64,000 nucleotides of DNA from Macrostomum hystrix (taxonomy: Eukaryota > Animalia > Platyhelminthes): positions 19,096,001 to 19,160,000 of the forward strand of contig CATNEN010000001.1 of the NCBI GenBank assembly GCA_950097015.1. Reading direction: 5' to 3'. Shown here piece after piece: positions 1 to 11,778 of this stretch (position 1 is the stretch's first letter; each line of letters opens with the position of its first letter). The translations under genes were made by a program, and so were the position numbers. The notes below the pieces were generated by a model. It did not search any database. It was not told the origin of the DNA and saw only the letters and a program-made list of their open reading frames with translations.

Positions 1-1829
1 TATGCTCAATAGTAAATAGATGGTGCCAGAGTATTAAACTCATGTAGCTGCTGTATGAGGAGCTGCGCCACCCAAGTGCCACAGGGCCACAGGGATCCTT
101 TTCCCTTCCTCCAATTCCTATTCACTCATATTCCTATCCTTCTAGCCTACACATAATTGTAGTCTATACTTTGACAGCACTTCATATGGCACCACAGAAC
201 ATTAAACAACATTAGCACTTGGCATTTTTTTCAAGTCTCTTATTGTTTCTTTGCATGGGGCGTAGGTATATTTACTAGGCATACTCTTGCTATAAAATGC
301 AACATGTAAAATGAATATTTACATAAAATACTGGCAATTTTCTCTCAAGCTACTGAGCTTACACCAAATTAGAAATACATTGGGTCTAGGGGCACACAAA
401 AGTCCCTAGAGTGCTACATCTAGGTAATAAAGATCCATGGATTTGTCAATGATTAGAATAGTTATAACGTGTTACATGACACTCATAAAACAAAGTCATA
501 CACAGTCATAGACAGTTACAGATGACAGATGTTAGACTTTGGTTCCAATTTTCTTATTTCTTCCCCTCATCCTATTAGATCTTTCATCTAAAAGCACAAT
601 TCTTTTAAATCTGTGACCTATGAAGTGGGTGCAAATTGGCAAGTATACCATACTGACCATACCATTTTTGGAATTGAATATACAATAGTCAATTAGTTTA
701 CTTTGGATTACATATTCCACTAATTATCAATTCAATCATAGAATAAAGCCCTGCGGAATTTTTTAGGGCTACAGAAAAAAGGCCAAACTGCAATGGCAAC
801 ACTAGTCCTTGATCCTAGGCTCCCAGCTCAGATCCCATATCCCAGTAGTTGCTTGGAAATCTTAATAAGAATTTATATTCCTGGGTCTTAATTTTATTTA
901 GAATAATACATTGCTTCTATACAATTATGACGAGTGGCCAGCCAATAAGCTATGCGTATAGACCCACTATACAGTTTTTTTATTCTAATATTAAGACTTA
1001 TTAAGATAAACATAAATTCTGTAGCCTATGTAAAAAGGCTTGGATAGCTCACTATTTATAATACACTGAAACTTATAGGGGGCCTACTCTTAGAGGTCTA
1101 CATTATAATACATAAATGGAATGTGGGTGCATTTATTTAGTGATGATCATAGCAGGTCACATATTAGCTATGAGCCAAGCTGACAAGTAAGGACAGTGGC
1201 ACTGGGTTGAGAGCAGTAGATTCATATTGTTTGAGTTGAATGCTTCGACTGTGCAAGTCAAACATAAAACAAACAACAGACTCATACTGCCTCCCCAAGC
1301 CTGTGATTAGCAGTAACAGTTGTCCAGCTCTGCACATTACTTTATATTGTATTCTGCTAAATTTCAATATTCTCCGCTTTCACATTATGCCTCGCTTTTA
1401 TACCGTGAAACAAGCAATTTATAACTTGACGTACCCTTGTCTTCATATAAATTGACCGCGAAACGTTAATTTAAATGGTCCCTCATAACATACGGTGTAG
1501 AAACCATCTTTCCTAGAAAGCAAGTCGTTTCATAACGTAACTGTTGTTGCTCGGTCGTATAAAATCTCTCTTTAATTATATGACTTTCCGATGCTCATTT
1601 AAATGGGCTAACTCTTCCACAGAGCATGTCTTACAACACATTATTGTTATTGCTCACTTAAATTTTCTCCTTTGGGGAAACTGTCAACTTTCATTGCCTC
1701 CCAATCATAATACTAATTTTCAAAATTATTCCTTTAATCCTACTTCTAAGTTGGAATTCTATTTTCCTAATTGAAATTTACTCGTAATTTTAAATTGCAT
1801 TTAATGCATTAAATGCAAAATTACAGAAG

Positions 1830-1849
1830 ATGGTGGATGCTCCGCCGCA

Positions 1850-1882
<33 letters not shown>

Positions 1883-1958
1883 GCGTGTCGCGGAGCGAAG
1901 ATTGGTTAGACTGAGACGCCTAAGATCAGGCAATCTTCGGCTGAATGTGCGGACTTAA
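1830..1958 (+). CDS. Putative 42-aa Pro/Arg-rich micropeptide (MVDAPPQP..RLRRLRSGNLRL), paralog A
   Basis: ATG just after an acceptor-like TTACAG; paralog at 3406-3531 conserves MDAP-polyP-RLRRLRSxNLRL with mostly synonymous codon changes; upstream ~140 bp also duplicated (about 1673-1815 vs 3260-3400). Confidence 0.45.
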
Positions 1959-2129
1959 AATATTAGAATATTATACATAGTTGAATATTTATAGTTGATT
2001 ATTAGTTGATTACTTATAGTTGATTTATAGCTGATTCTATAGTTGAATATTATTTTGAATATTATATATTCAATTAAATATTTCTAATTGAATTAATTAA
2101 TTCAAAGTCCGCATATTCAGCCGAAGATT
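1932..2129. repeat. Inverted repeat with ~25-bp arms around an AT-rich spacer
   Basis: AATCTTCGGCTGAATGTGCGGACTT (1932) is the reverse complement of AAGTCCGCATATTCAGCCGAAGATT (ends 2129) with one mismatch. Confidence 0.8.
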
Positions 2130-2136
2130 AGTTGAT

Positions 2137-2624
2137 AATGTTGACAATTGATGTGTATGCCGAATGCACAGTTTCTTTATTTAGTTTTAGTTTGTTAGTT
2201 TGTCAATGTTGACAATTGATGTGTATGCCGAATGCACAGTTTCTTTATTTAGTTTTAGTTTGTTAGTTTGTCAATGTTGACAATTGATGTGTATGCCGAA
2301 TGCACAGTTTCTTTATTTAGTTTTAGTTTGTTAGTTTGTCAATGTTGACAATTGATGTGTATGCCGAATGCACAGTTTCTTTATTTAGTTTTAGTTTGTT
2401 AGTTTGTCAATGTTGACAATTGATGTGTATGCCGAATGCACAGTTTCTTTATTTAGTATTAGTTTGTTAGTTTGTCAATGTTGACAATTGATGTGTATGC
2501 CGAATGCACAGTTTCTTTATTTAGTTTTAGTTTGTTAGTTTGTCAATGTTGACAATTGATGTGTATGCCGAATGCACAGTTTCTTTATTTAGTTTTAGTT
2601 TGGTAGTTTGTCAATGTTGACAAT
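2137..2624. repeat. 68-bp tandem repeat, 7 full copies plus a partial
   Basis: Unit AATGTTGACAATTGATGTGTATGCCGAATGCACAG...TTTGTC starts at 2137, 2205, 2273, 2341, 2409, 2477, 2545, 2613. Confidence 0.95.
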
Positions 2625-2670
2625 GTTTCTCAATGTTTTGCCTGAAGTATAATGTCCATGTCAACGATGG

Positions 2671-4600
2671 CCGGAGGCCTTTTTTGGATAATTTTGTTGC
2701 CTTCTATCTTCTTTCCTTTGCTAACAGCGTAGCTACGGAGTCATTTTATCGCAGTACTTCATTCACTTTGATTTTACATGAATAATACGTTGTGCTAAAG
2801 CCTGCACCATTCCAGGATTAACCTGTGTCTGACGGCAGCTGCTGACTCTTGTTGTGCAATTCTGCCTAGTGCACTAGCCACATGGCTACCTCTCTTCGAC
2901 CTGCATTTCCAGTGAGTCCTGTTTCAATCTGTCCATCACTTGTCATTCTGGAATACGTTTGTCATTCCAAATCTGTCATTCTGGAATTCATTTCTGTTAG
3001 AAATACCTGTTGGACCAAGAGCGTCATTTGTTAGGCCGACAGCGTCAACTGTTAGATAGAGAGCGTCACCTGTTAGAAAGAGCCTGTGATCACCTGTTCT
3101 GTTAGACACAGTGTTCACCTGTTCTGCTTGGCATGGTACCTGTTAAACATCGAGCCCGTACTCACCTGCACTACTCAAACAGGCCTACCGACACGTATGG
3201 CCTTCATCAGACGCATCAACGGGCTCTCAAACTTGGTTGTCAACTTGTCAATTCTCGCTCGGGGAAACCGTCAACTTTTATTGCCTCCCTATCATCATTA
3301 TAGTTTTCGAAATAATTCCTTTAATCTTGCTTTTAAGTTAGAATTCTATTTTCCTAATTGAAATTTCCTCCTAATTTTAAATTGCATTTAATGCATTATT
3401 GCAGAATGGATGCTCCGCTGCCTCCGCCGCCGCCGCCGCCGCCGCGCAGAGGCAGACGCCTGCGACGCCTGCGGTCGGCCAATCTTAGGCTTCTGGATAC
3501 TCAAATAGGCATCAATAAAGACAAGCGATAAGACAGGGCTGCAAGGTACTGGAACTTCAACGTATTGAACAGCGCGCTTAGGGTCCGCGATTTGAACATA
3601 GGGAGAAATGTTTATTTTACTTTCGAATGTCACAAAAATCCGTGCATATTATTTTATGTAACCTTCAATTATGCATACTTTTTGTAATTCATGGTTTTGA
3701 CTGAGCCTTTTTCAAACCAAGTCATGATCGCATCGAAAGTTTTTAAGATTGCAGTTATGTCTTTTGTAAGTCAATATATCCTTTAATATAAGTATAGGCA
3801 TGTAATCAACGCTTTTTTTCAACGCCGTGTAGGTTCTACAGCGTATTATAATAATTCTGAGAGCTGAGATGTTGCAGACCAATCAGATTTTATAGGAAGT
3901 ACGCATGAGAAATGCATCTTAGCTACACAGTAAGTCTGATGGGCCTTGCCGTACGCAAATAAATAAAGAGGGCCCGGAGGCCTATTTTTGGATAATTTTG
4001 TTGCCCTATATCTTCTTTCCTTTGCTAACAGCAAAGCTACGGAGTCATTTTATCGCAGTACTTCATTCACTTTGATTTGACATTAATAATACGTTGTGCT
4101 AAAGCCTGCACCATTCCAAGATTAACCTGTGTCTGACAGCAGCTGCTGACTCTTGTTGTGAAATTCTGCCTAGTGCACTAGCCACATGGCTACCTCATTC
4201 TTCGACCTGTGGTCTAGAACAGTGATGCGCCTGCATTTCCAGTGAGTTATTTGACATTTTCTAATGTGAATATGAATGAAGATCAAGTCCTGTTTCAATC
4301 TGTCCATCACTTATAATTCTAGAATTCATTTGTCATTCCAAATCTGTCATTCTGGAATTCATTTCTGTTAGAAATACCTGTAAGACCAATAGCGTCACCT
4401 GTTAGACAAAGAGTGTCACCTGTTAGACAGAGAGTCTGTGATCACCTGTTCTGTTAGACACAGTGTTCACCTGTTCTGCTTGGCATGGTACCTGTTAGAC
4501 ATCAAGGCCGTACTCACCTGCACTACTCAAACAGGCCTACCGACACGTATGGCCTTCATCAGACGCATCAACGGGCTCTCAAACTTGGTTGTCAACTTGT
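2671..4600. repeat. Diverged ~600-bp direct duplication (2671-3248 and 3974-4600)
   Basis: Both copies run from CCGGAGGCCT..GGATAATTTTGTTGCCC to GGTTGTCAACTTGT; internal CACCTGTTAGA subrepeats. Confidence 0.85.
3406..3531 (+). CDS. Putative 41-aa Pro/Arg-rich micropeptide (MDAPLPPP..RLRRLRSANLRL), paralog B
   Basis: ATG after TTGCAG; peptide-level conservation with 1830-1958. Confidence 0.45.
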   Translation: MDAPLPPPPPPPPRRGRRLRRLRSANLRLLDTQIGINKDKR

Positions 4601-4960
4601 ACAATCCATCAGCTCCAGGCTTGTCCCGTCAGGACCTGCTACAGGAGCTGCTGCAGACCAACCTGATCACGGAGCTGCGCTCGAAACCGGAGGTCAAGCG
4701 AATGGGCCTGGACGTCTGCTGCCTGGGTTGGCGGCTTCGGTGGCGGAGGCGGCGGTGGCGCCACCAGCAGACGGAAGCAGGGCCAGGTGACACCCGTGCT
4801 GCCGATATTGGATCCGCAGACCTGCCTCACCGACGCCTGACTTGCGTGTTGAGAAAGTGCAAACCCTGGACTGACCTCAGTGAGACAGGTGGCAAGCTGT
4901 CTCGCAAGACTGAATCTTTCTCTTGTTGCGCCCGCTTTTGTATGTGCTCCTGCTTAATCT

Positions 4961-5029
4961 GTGCTAATTATTGCTTCTCTGTGCTCATTATTGCTTCTCT
5001 GTGCTCATTATTGCTTCTCTGTGCTCATT
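4961..5029. repeat. 20-bp tandem repeat, ~3.5 copies
   Basis: GTGCTCATTATTGCTTCTCT units at 4961, 4981, 5001, 5021. Confidence 0.9.
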
Positions 5030-5895
5030 CTTGTACTGCTGTGCTGCGATTCTGGCTACGACTCCAAGAAAAGGTTACGACTCTGTCAAAATCCTAATCG
5101 AACTGTTTACTACAAATCATTCATAATAGGGCTCATATACTTCAAAGCTCAAAGTGCTTTCTAAGAAAATGATTCACCGGTTTCATTGGTATCAATGAAA
5201 CTGACAATCACACAAACGATTAGAATTTTAGCAGATATTTCGTCATTTTCAAGGCGAAAATGTTTCATTTTTAATGCGTCATTGTACTTCGTCATATCAT
5301 GTGGAATTGTGTTCTAGCTTTTTGCGTCATCATTTCAACCACTACGCTAATTCTTTTCTATGTAATCCAACTCATTTTTGTAAGTAAACTTTAAAGTTCA
5401 TCGCTAGTTATTAATTTTTTAAACAGCAGCACAAATCTTCATGCTGCAATAATTATTAAAAGTATACTTTTGTTCATAAAAAAATTTCTTTTATTTCTGT
5501 GAGACTGCAAATGTGACGGTTGCACATTCTAGAAAATATGACATCTGTGTGTTCTGTGAGACTACAAAAGTGACGTTTGCACATTCTAGAAAATATTTCT
5601 TTTATTTGGAGAGGCAACTGAATTTGAAATTGAATACATAAGTGAATCCGCCAGGTGGATTCTACCAGGTGGAAAAATGCATCCATCAGAGTGGGACCAA
5701 TGACAGTCTGACTCTCTCCTCTAACCATCGCTGCCACACCGTGACACCAGTGCTAAATTTCGTCGAAGCTGCACTATATGGCCTAATATTAATATCTCGG
5801 ATTAATCTACTGACAAACATATAAAGTACGGTACAGTAGTTGTACTGACTAGGTTAAGCCAGATACACACACATATTTATTGTATTGATATGGTC

Positions 5896-6455
5896 AGTGT
5901 TCGTTAAACTCTGACTTACCTCATTATTGGCTTCGTAGCACACCTCATTTTGCTCATAGATGAGTATATATATGTTCATGACGAATGGTTCCCTTTAATT
6001 TCCGTTTTTCTGAGGGATGTCATATCCGTGTGATATTCACAAAATCGTGCTGTGCATCCACAAGCTACATGTATATATCTTACTGATAATTTGTAAACGG
6101 CTTCTTAAGTAAGTTGTAATAACTCAAAGGCAGAAGTAAGGCCAGAATTGAAACACATAGTAAAGAACCAGTCTGATATCGCGGCTCCTTATATATGCGT
6201 TCATGCAGTCTAATTTCCAGACCCTGCAGGGCTGGGGATTTTGGGGATCCCAGACAGACGGCTCAACCCAGTCGCACGCAAACCAAGCATGAGACACAAA
6301 CAACAGCAGACAGTGGTGACAAGTGCATGCAAACGGCAATAGCTGCCCACTAGCTCCAGTATAAGTTTATAACTCTGGCTACAATAGTAATAATTAAGTA
6401 GTCTTTGTGCTGCGAAACAACAACAACAACAACAACAATATACGCCAGGTCTCTC
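5896..6455. repeat. 560-bp direct repeat, copy 1 (copy 2 at 14108-14667)
   Basis: AGTGTTCGTTAAACTC...ATACGCCAGGTCTCTC, near identical with a few substitutions; brackets the truncated LTR element. Confidence 0.95.
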
Positions 6456-6585
6456 TATCTGCGCCAACACTATTCTATCACCGCCTAATCTTGCTACCCC
6501 CTTTCTTCTTTTGATTTTAAGTGAGTACTTGCCAGGGCCATGGTACCCGCCTAGGCGCCGGGCCAGCTCGGGCGAGCCGATCACT

Positions 6586-6854
6586 ATGTCGGTCATTCTG
6601 AGTAAGCTTAACCTTCAATGTGACTACATTCCTGCGTTTCTATCCCGCCCGCGCTTCACCATTTGAAACCTTATTGCCTGCTAACCAAATTACTCCCCCA
6701 CCTTACTCCTGCAGACATCAACGTGCCCGAAGGCCGAGAACAGGCGGTCGCCGACATCGCTCTCGGCTTCCTCAAGGGCCCGATAGGGTTGATGATCTGC
6801 GTGGCCGCGGCCGCCGCGGCCCTTGCTATGGCCGCGATGATCTGGCTGCTGTAG
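6586..6854 (+). CDS. Putative spliced small membrane protein antisense to gag (exons 6586-6601 and 6715-6854; may extend 5')
   Basis: GTAAGC donor at 6602, CTAAC branch site, pyrimidine tract and CAG acceptor at 6714; in-frame product MSVILNINVPEGREQ..PIGLMICVAAAAAALAMAAMIWLL*; AATAAA near 7006. Confidence 0.4.
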
Positions 6855-7379
6855 ACCTCGCCTCAACTGGCTGACAACACAGTTGGGAGCCTGGCGGCCG
6901 ATTCCCGGTGGCATCTGCCCACTGATGACATTTTATCTGCTCACTTGCTATTGCCTTACTTGCACTCCTGCTCAATCATCCTTTCTTTTTCGTGCCATCT
7001 CGGAAAATAAAGATTTACTAGCCCGCCTGGCTCTACTCCGCCATTGACTTTGTTGAAAAGACTACTCGCTATCCTTGCCCGACTTTCTTTCTTAGCTGAA
7101 TCCTATTGCTCAAGTTTTACAACCGCCTAGTAACCAAAAAAACTAACTGATAGACTGTTAATGAGTTTTTGAAACGTCTGGAACCTTAATTCGTACGATT
7201 TATTACCACCTAGGTACCTAGATTTGGACTCCCAGCTGCTAGCTTCTGGCTCCTAAATAATGTTTCTTTTTGTCTTTTCTAGCCCTAACAAAAGAAAAAA
7301 TTATCATTTTGAAATCTGTCGCTCATTGAAACAGCCAGATTGTCTCCCCTAGAATTTGAATACCCGACCCTACCGGCTT

Positions 7380-8045
7380 CTTGATTTACAACCGCCCACT
7401 CTTTAAACAAACATTAAGAAAAACTCCCGAAACATACCACCCCGCTCACTTTAGCGGGTTGGTATACCCCCTAAATAGAAGCCGGTTTAGCTAAACTCCC
7501 GAAACCAAGCATAGAGAACATGTAAGATAAGCAAGTTTTGCGAAAAGTAGGTGCGAACCCTAGTTTGCGGCAGTTAATACAACAATGTTTCATGCGAAAA
7601 TTCTTACGAAGGGGAATTTCACCCCACTAAATATGTTTTTGGATTTTGATTAGTTTATATAAGTTTTTAAGAGGTTTTGGCGCCGAGATGGCCTTTTTTG
7701 ATTTGAACCGCCTTCCCACCCTTAAAGAAAGCATAGAATTCCCCAAGGCATACCACCCCGCTCACTTTAGCGGGTTGGTGTCCCTCCTAATTTAGAAGTT
7801 GTCCTAAATTGAACTCCCACAGACCCACCAATATGAACAAGATAAGGCAGAGGTGCCATGCATGATGTGGTGCGATTAAAGTAAAATGCTCTTTAAGAAA
7901 AGAAGGTGCATACCCTAGTTTGCTACAATTAGATAAGCATCTTATGCAAAAAGTATCAGGGGAGTTTCACCCCACTATGTGTGTTTTTGTGGTTTTGGCT
8001 AAAATTATAAGAGTTTTTGTGTGAGATTTTTTTTGGCCAAGGCGG
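7380..8045. repeat. Two diverged ~320-bp tandem units inside the LTR element
   Basis: Both contain AACCGCC..CATACCACCCCGCTCACTTTAGCGGGTTGGT..CCCTAGTTTGC..TTTCACCCCACTA; boundaries approximate. Confidence 0.75.
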
Positions 8046-8237
8046 CTGTAGATGAAAAAGGGAAAACATGCACAATAGGAAGAAAAGAACAAACGGTGCA
8101 GAGTGCGAATTATTATTAAAGGGGAGAGGAAAAAGGAAAAGGACAAAGGGGGAACAGGGGACAGGGGCCTAACGGATAGTGGTCCTGTTCCTACTATTCT
8201 ACGGTCACTACCTCTGTTGACCCTACCTTGCGCTTTC

Positions 8238-8819
8238 CTATTCTTCGGCCGCCTCCTTGATGGGCGTACTTTCCACCGGTCCCTCGCTAGCTTCTTCGCC
8301 TTCCATCTCTCTCACCATGCGGCCGAGCGTGCTGTCCCCGGGCGGTGGTTCTTCGGCGATGCGATGTCCGTGGAGCCACTCACGCCAATCCGGGTCTGCC
8401 GCTGACCGCAGGGTGATCTCTGGCATCCCGATCCGGCGCATGACCAGCTGGTGCTCCAACTCTTCCTGTCCTGGGATCCTCTTGGCTTGCAGCCAGGACG
8501 CGAGCTCATCGGGGATGGTAATGCTCCAATCCTCTGGCGGGCTGTACTCCATCCACCGCAGGTTCCAAGGGAGGTTTGCCTCGTCTTCTCCCCTAGGCGG
8601 CAGAGGGTCCCGCTCTTCGCACCACGCCTGGGCCAGCCACCTAGATTCTGCCAGCTGGCAGGCAAGGGCGAGGTCAACGCCTGCTTGGGCCGCTCGTCCT
8701 ATCATGGGTAACAGCCACAGGCGGACCATCAGCCAGGTCCTCTTCCCTGCCAGTTCGCGGCGATAATCCGTGGCGGCCACTTCTAGCCACCACGCCAGGA
8801 CGGTGCCAAAGCTTGCCAT
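8238..8819 (-). CDS. Unknown 193-aa Trp-rich ORF downstream of the protease in the LTR element
   Basis: ATG in GCCATG context on the reverse strand, GC-rich, same strand as gag; no family recognised. Confidence 0.5.
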   Translation of the reverse strand: MASFGTVLAWWLEVAATDYRRELAGKRTWLMVRLWLLPMIGRAAQAGVDLALACQLAESRWLAQAWCEERDPLPPRGEDEANLPWNLRWMEYSPPEDWSITIPDELASWLQAKRIPGQEELEHQLVMRRIGMPEITLRSAADPDWREWLHGHRIAEEPPPGDSTLGRMVREMEGEEASEGPVESTPIKEAAEE

Positions 8820-8970
8820 GTCTGAACTAGTTCCTTTGTTCTTAAGCTAGAATAAAACTTTCCTGCTTAGCTTTCCCAGCCCTTACTTAAATAAGTCGAC
8901 GACCAGAGGAGGGGGTGGGGTGGGCGAGGAAAGAAAATGGTGATTGACCCTAGGTCACGGTGACCCTCAT

Positions 8971-9519
8971 TTAAAATTTAGCCTTCCGCCTGAGTGAAAA
9001 GGGGAGAAATTGACGATATATGATTAAGTGGCGCGAGTCAAAGTCAACGATGGCATGATGATGAGCCAACCAGGAGGCACCGAGCAGGGGAGAGCAGTCG
9101 CCCTCAACCACTAAGAACACGGTGTCCAGCGCTTCGGTGCCAACCTGTAATTTGACCCTGACCTGCGCCTGTGCAACAATGGGTGTTCCATTATAAGCAA
9201 AGAGAGAAAATTGCGGGGGTTCGAATGGGTAGTGTTGAAAGATTGATGACAACGAGTCCGGGAGCACATTTACCATAGACCCTGTGTCGATGAGGAGGTC
9301 TAGGGGTGTCCCTTCCACTTCCAAGGCGACCCACACCTCACTAAGCTGCTCAGAGCGATTTGGGCGGGTTCGCACTCGGGTGGGGACTCGGCCGAGTGAA
9401 TTCACTCGGACTTCTCGGAGGTCGGAGGCGGCAGCTGCCGCCGCTCCGACTGTCGAGCTGCGGGCTGGGTCTCGGGGCCGTGGGACTGCCTCCAATTGGC
9501 GGCCCCGTTCCCATTTCCC
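8971..9519 (-). CDS. Retropepsin (aspartic protease), reached by -1 frameshift from gag
   Basis: LLIDTGSMVNVL and PLLGASWL motifs; slippery GGGAAAT at 9519-9513 followed by a GGGGCCG/CGGCCCC stem; ends in a stop with no RT. Confidence 0.85.
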   Translation of the reverse strand, partial: GKWERGRQLEAVPRPRDPARSSTVGAAAAAASDLREVRVNSLGRVPTRVRTRPNRSEQLSEVWVALEVEGTPLDLLIDTGSMVNVLPDSLSSIFQHYPFEPPQFSLFAYNGTPIVAQAQVRVKLQVGTEALDTVFLVVEGDCSPLLGASWLAHHHAIVDFDSRHLIIYRQFLPFSLRRKAKF

Positions 9520-10460
9520 TTCGCCACCTCACGATTCGCTTCTCCAGCGGCCCCGTGTTCTGCACGCTTCGGGTGCCACTGATGCCCGTTTGGGTGTGGG
9601 CAGAGAGGGGGGATGGGGTTGGGCTTGGCTTCCCGCAGCTGCTGAGAAATCTCGGCTAGCTGCTGGGTCACCTTGGTTAATTCTGCCAGCAGCCTGTGCT
9701 GCGGCTCTGGCTGGTCCGGTTCGTCACCTAAACCTGCCCTGATTTGGCGCACTCGCCGGCGAGGGTCCCGCTCCACCGCCATTTCATGCGCCTGCGTGGC
9801 AGCACGCAGCTCGGCGGCGGCGGCCTCAGCCGTGGCAAATTCCATCCGCATGATGGGTGCCAACACCTCGGGTGGGGCCACTATCCCCTCCATAAATGAG
9901 GCCAGCAAGGCGCGCTCGAAGTGCACACCGTGGCCGTTGGGGGTGGCCTGCAGGGCCGCTGTTCTGAGTCTATCGGCGAAGGCGGGGTACGTCTCGTCCC
10001 GTCCTTGCTTCAAATTACGCCCGCTCAGCAGCCGGGCGTAGGGGGTGCAGGCGCCACTAAGGGCCTCGGTCAGATCCTGCACGAATCTAAGGTAGGTCAC
10101 CCGGCGGGGCAACCCTAGCGCTTCGGTGAGGGGCTCGCCACTCAGGTGAGCGAGGAGGGTGAGGATTTTCTCCTCCTCGGATTCGACACCCTCCGCCTCC
10201 AGCTTCAGGTTAAATCGGCGAAGCCAGAGGGGGAAGGAATCCTTTCGGGACTCGAGGGGTTCAATAGAAACTTTGACCCGGTGGTTCCGGGGTCGTCGCA
10301 CCTCTAGCCGCTCCAAAAGCAGCGCTAGGCGCTCCACAGGGTCGGCTTGCTGTGCTGCAGCAGCCGCTGGGGGTTCGGCGCGCGCCGCAGCTGCGGCGCG
10401 GCCTCTGGGTGGGCGGTTGACTCCAACCACTTCCACCACCTCACCCTCCTGGTCGGACAT
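9402..10460 (-). CDS. gag: Ty3/Gypsy-type Gag (capsid)
   Basis: LWLRRF..LLAHLSGE..LKQGRDETYPAFADRLR (MHR-like QgxxEs motif)..FMEGI; lies between the PBS and the protease. Confidence 0.8.
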   Translation of the reverse strand: MSDQEGEVVEVVGVNRPPRGRAAAAARAEPPAAAAAQQADPVERLALLLERLEVRRPRNHRVKVSIEPLESRKDSFPLWLRRFNLKLEAEGVESEEEKILTLLAHLSGEPLTEALGLPRRVTYLRFVQDLTEALSGACTPYARLLSGRNLKQGRDETYPAFADRLRTAALQATPNGHGVHFERALLASFMEGIVAPPEVLAPIMRMEFATAEAAAAELRAATQAHEMAVERDPRRRVRQIRAGLGDEPDQPEPQHRLLAELTKVTQQLAEISQQLREAKPNPIPPLCPHPNGHQWHPKRAEHGAAGEANREVAKGNGNGAANWRQSHGPETQPAARQSERRQLPPPTSEKSE

Positions 10461-11759
10461 TTTCGGCCAAAAGAGGAATGAGGATTTTGCGAATGAAAAA
10501 GAGGGGGGGTCTGTCGCTAATGCAACAATGGGGGAAAAGGAGAAGAGGAAAAACAGATCACGACTGGAGATCGTGCGGGGGGGAAAGAAAATGAGCCTGA
10601 GCTGTCAAGTCCAGCCCTAATTAATAATGCGGCGAATTCCCTACTCCTAGAGAGCAACCCTACTGCAAAAATGATCAAAAATCAGTGAGAGAGAAAAGGG
10701 CCCAGGGCCCTGGCTAGCTTTGCTTCCAGCCTTGGCTACTGACAACTGTTTGCGCGCACTCAAGTTTGGGACATAGAAGTCTAGGTTTTAACTTAGCACT
10801 CGTTCTGCAACCCTATAGCGGACTGTTGCACTATAGGTACGGCGGGGTCAGTACTACTGCAAGCTTGCGCCTGCAACAGCCTATCACCCTACCTTGGAAA
10901 GTACACGCCTCAATAAGATACTCAGAGAAGGGATAATCCCCGACTCGTTCAGGGAGTCATCGATTCCCGGCTGCATTGCCGGGGGCCCCCCTCGCGATTT
11001 ACGAGACTGGGAAGCCCAGGGGGGATATACCTGGGATCTCGCTCGGATAGGAGTCCATGGCTAAAGCCTGGCTACCCCATTTAGAAAACCCCTCAAAGAA
11101 TCTCTTAGAAAAACGTGCCGACCGAATTCTAGCCCATACTTGAAGTAGGCAGCTTCGAGAGGCGGGCACAGGGGTCGCTAGACCTCCCTCAAAGTCCCAC
11201 CTCCCTAACTGTTCCCCACCAAAGTCAGACTTGGTCAAAGTTATGTGACACTTTCAAAATCAGGTACACGTAAGCAGGCCTGCATGCTGCCCAAGAGAAC
11301 CAATCCCCGGTGCTCGGCGAGTCATCGATTCCCGGCTGCATTGCCGGGGGCTCCCCTCGCTCGGTTAGAAGGCCGAAAGGCGTTGCCCGGTCCCTCGTTA
11401 AGAATGGCCCCTCCCAGATCAGTCACGCGGGAAAACCCCACAGACAGTCCCTGACTCCTGCAGCAGCCACATAACCCGAAGACACTCTAGCATGAAGTCC
11501 GCTCACACAGCCTACTCATAGTAGAAAGTCAATAATCAGAATTTTGGAAACTCTAACAAAAGCCTAAATTAAATTGAAAACAATTTGCGACTGTTCGAAA
11601 ATTAACTGACAGTCACTAGAACTGAGATTCACTATTTAGAGATAAGATTTCGGCATACGGAATATGAAATCTAGAAGGAGCCCTTTCGGCTAGCTACCAC
11701 AGAAATCTGCGGCGCTAAACTAACAATTGAAATTCAAGTTCGTTTCGCGCCCTTTCTAG

Positions 11760-11777
11760 ATCCCACCGCTGCCACCA
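11760..11777 (-). promoter_or_regulatory. Primer binding site complementary to the tRNA-Leu 3' end
   Basis: Minus strand TGGTGGCAGCGGTGGGAT, 1 nt after the LTR end, matches eukaryotic tRNA-Leu ...AUCCCACCGCUGCCACCA. Confidence 0.85.
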
Positions 11778-11778
11778 T

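Noticed and set aside
532-720. Possible decayed LINE RT fragment in the first 1.4 kb
   Set aside because: Only a vague resemblance; no diagnostic motif recoverable in any frame
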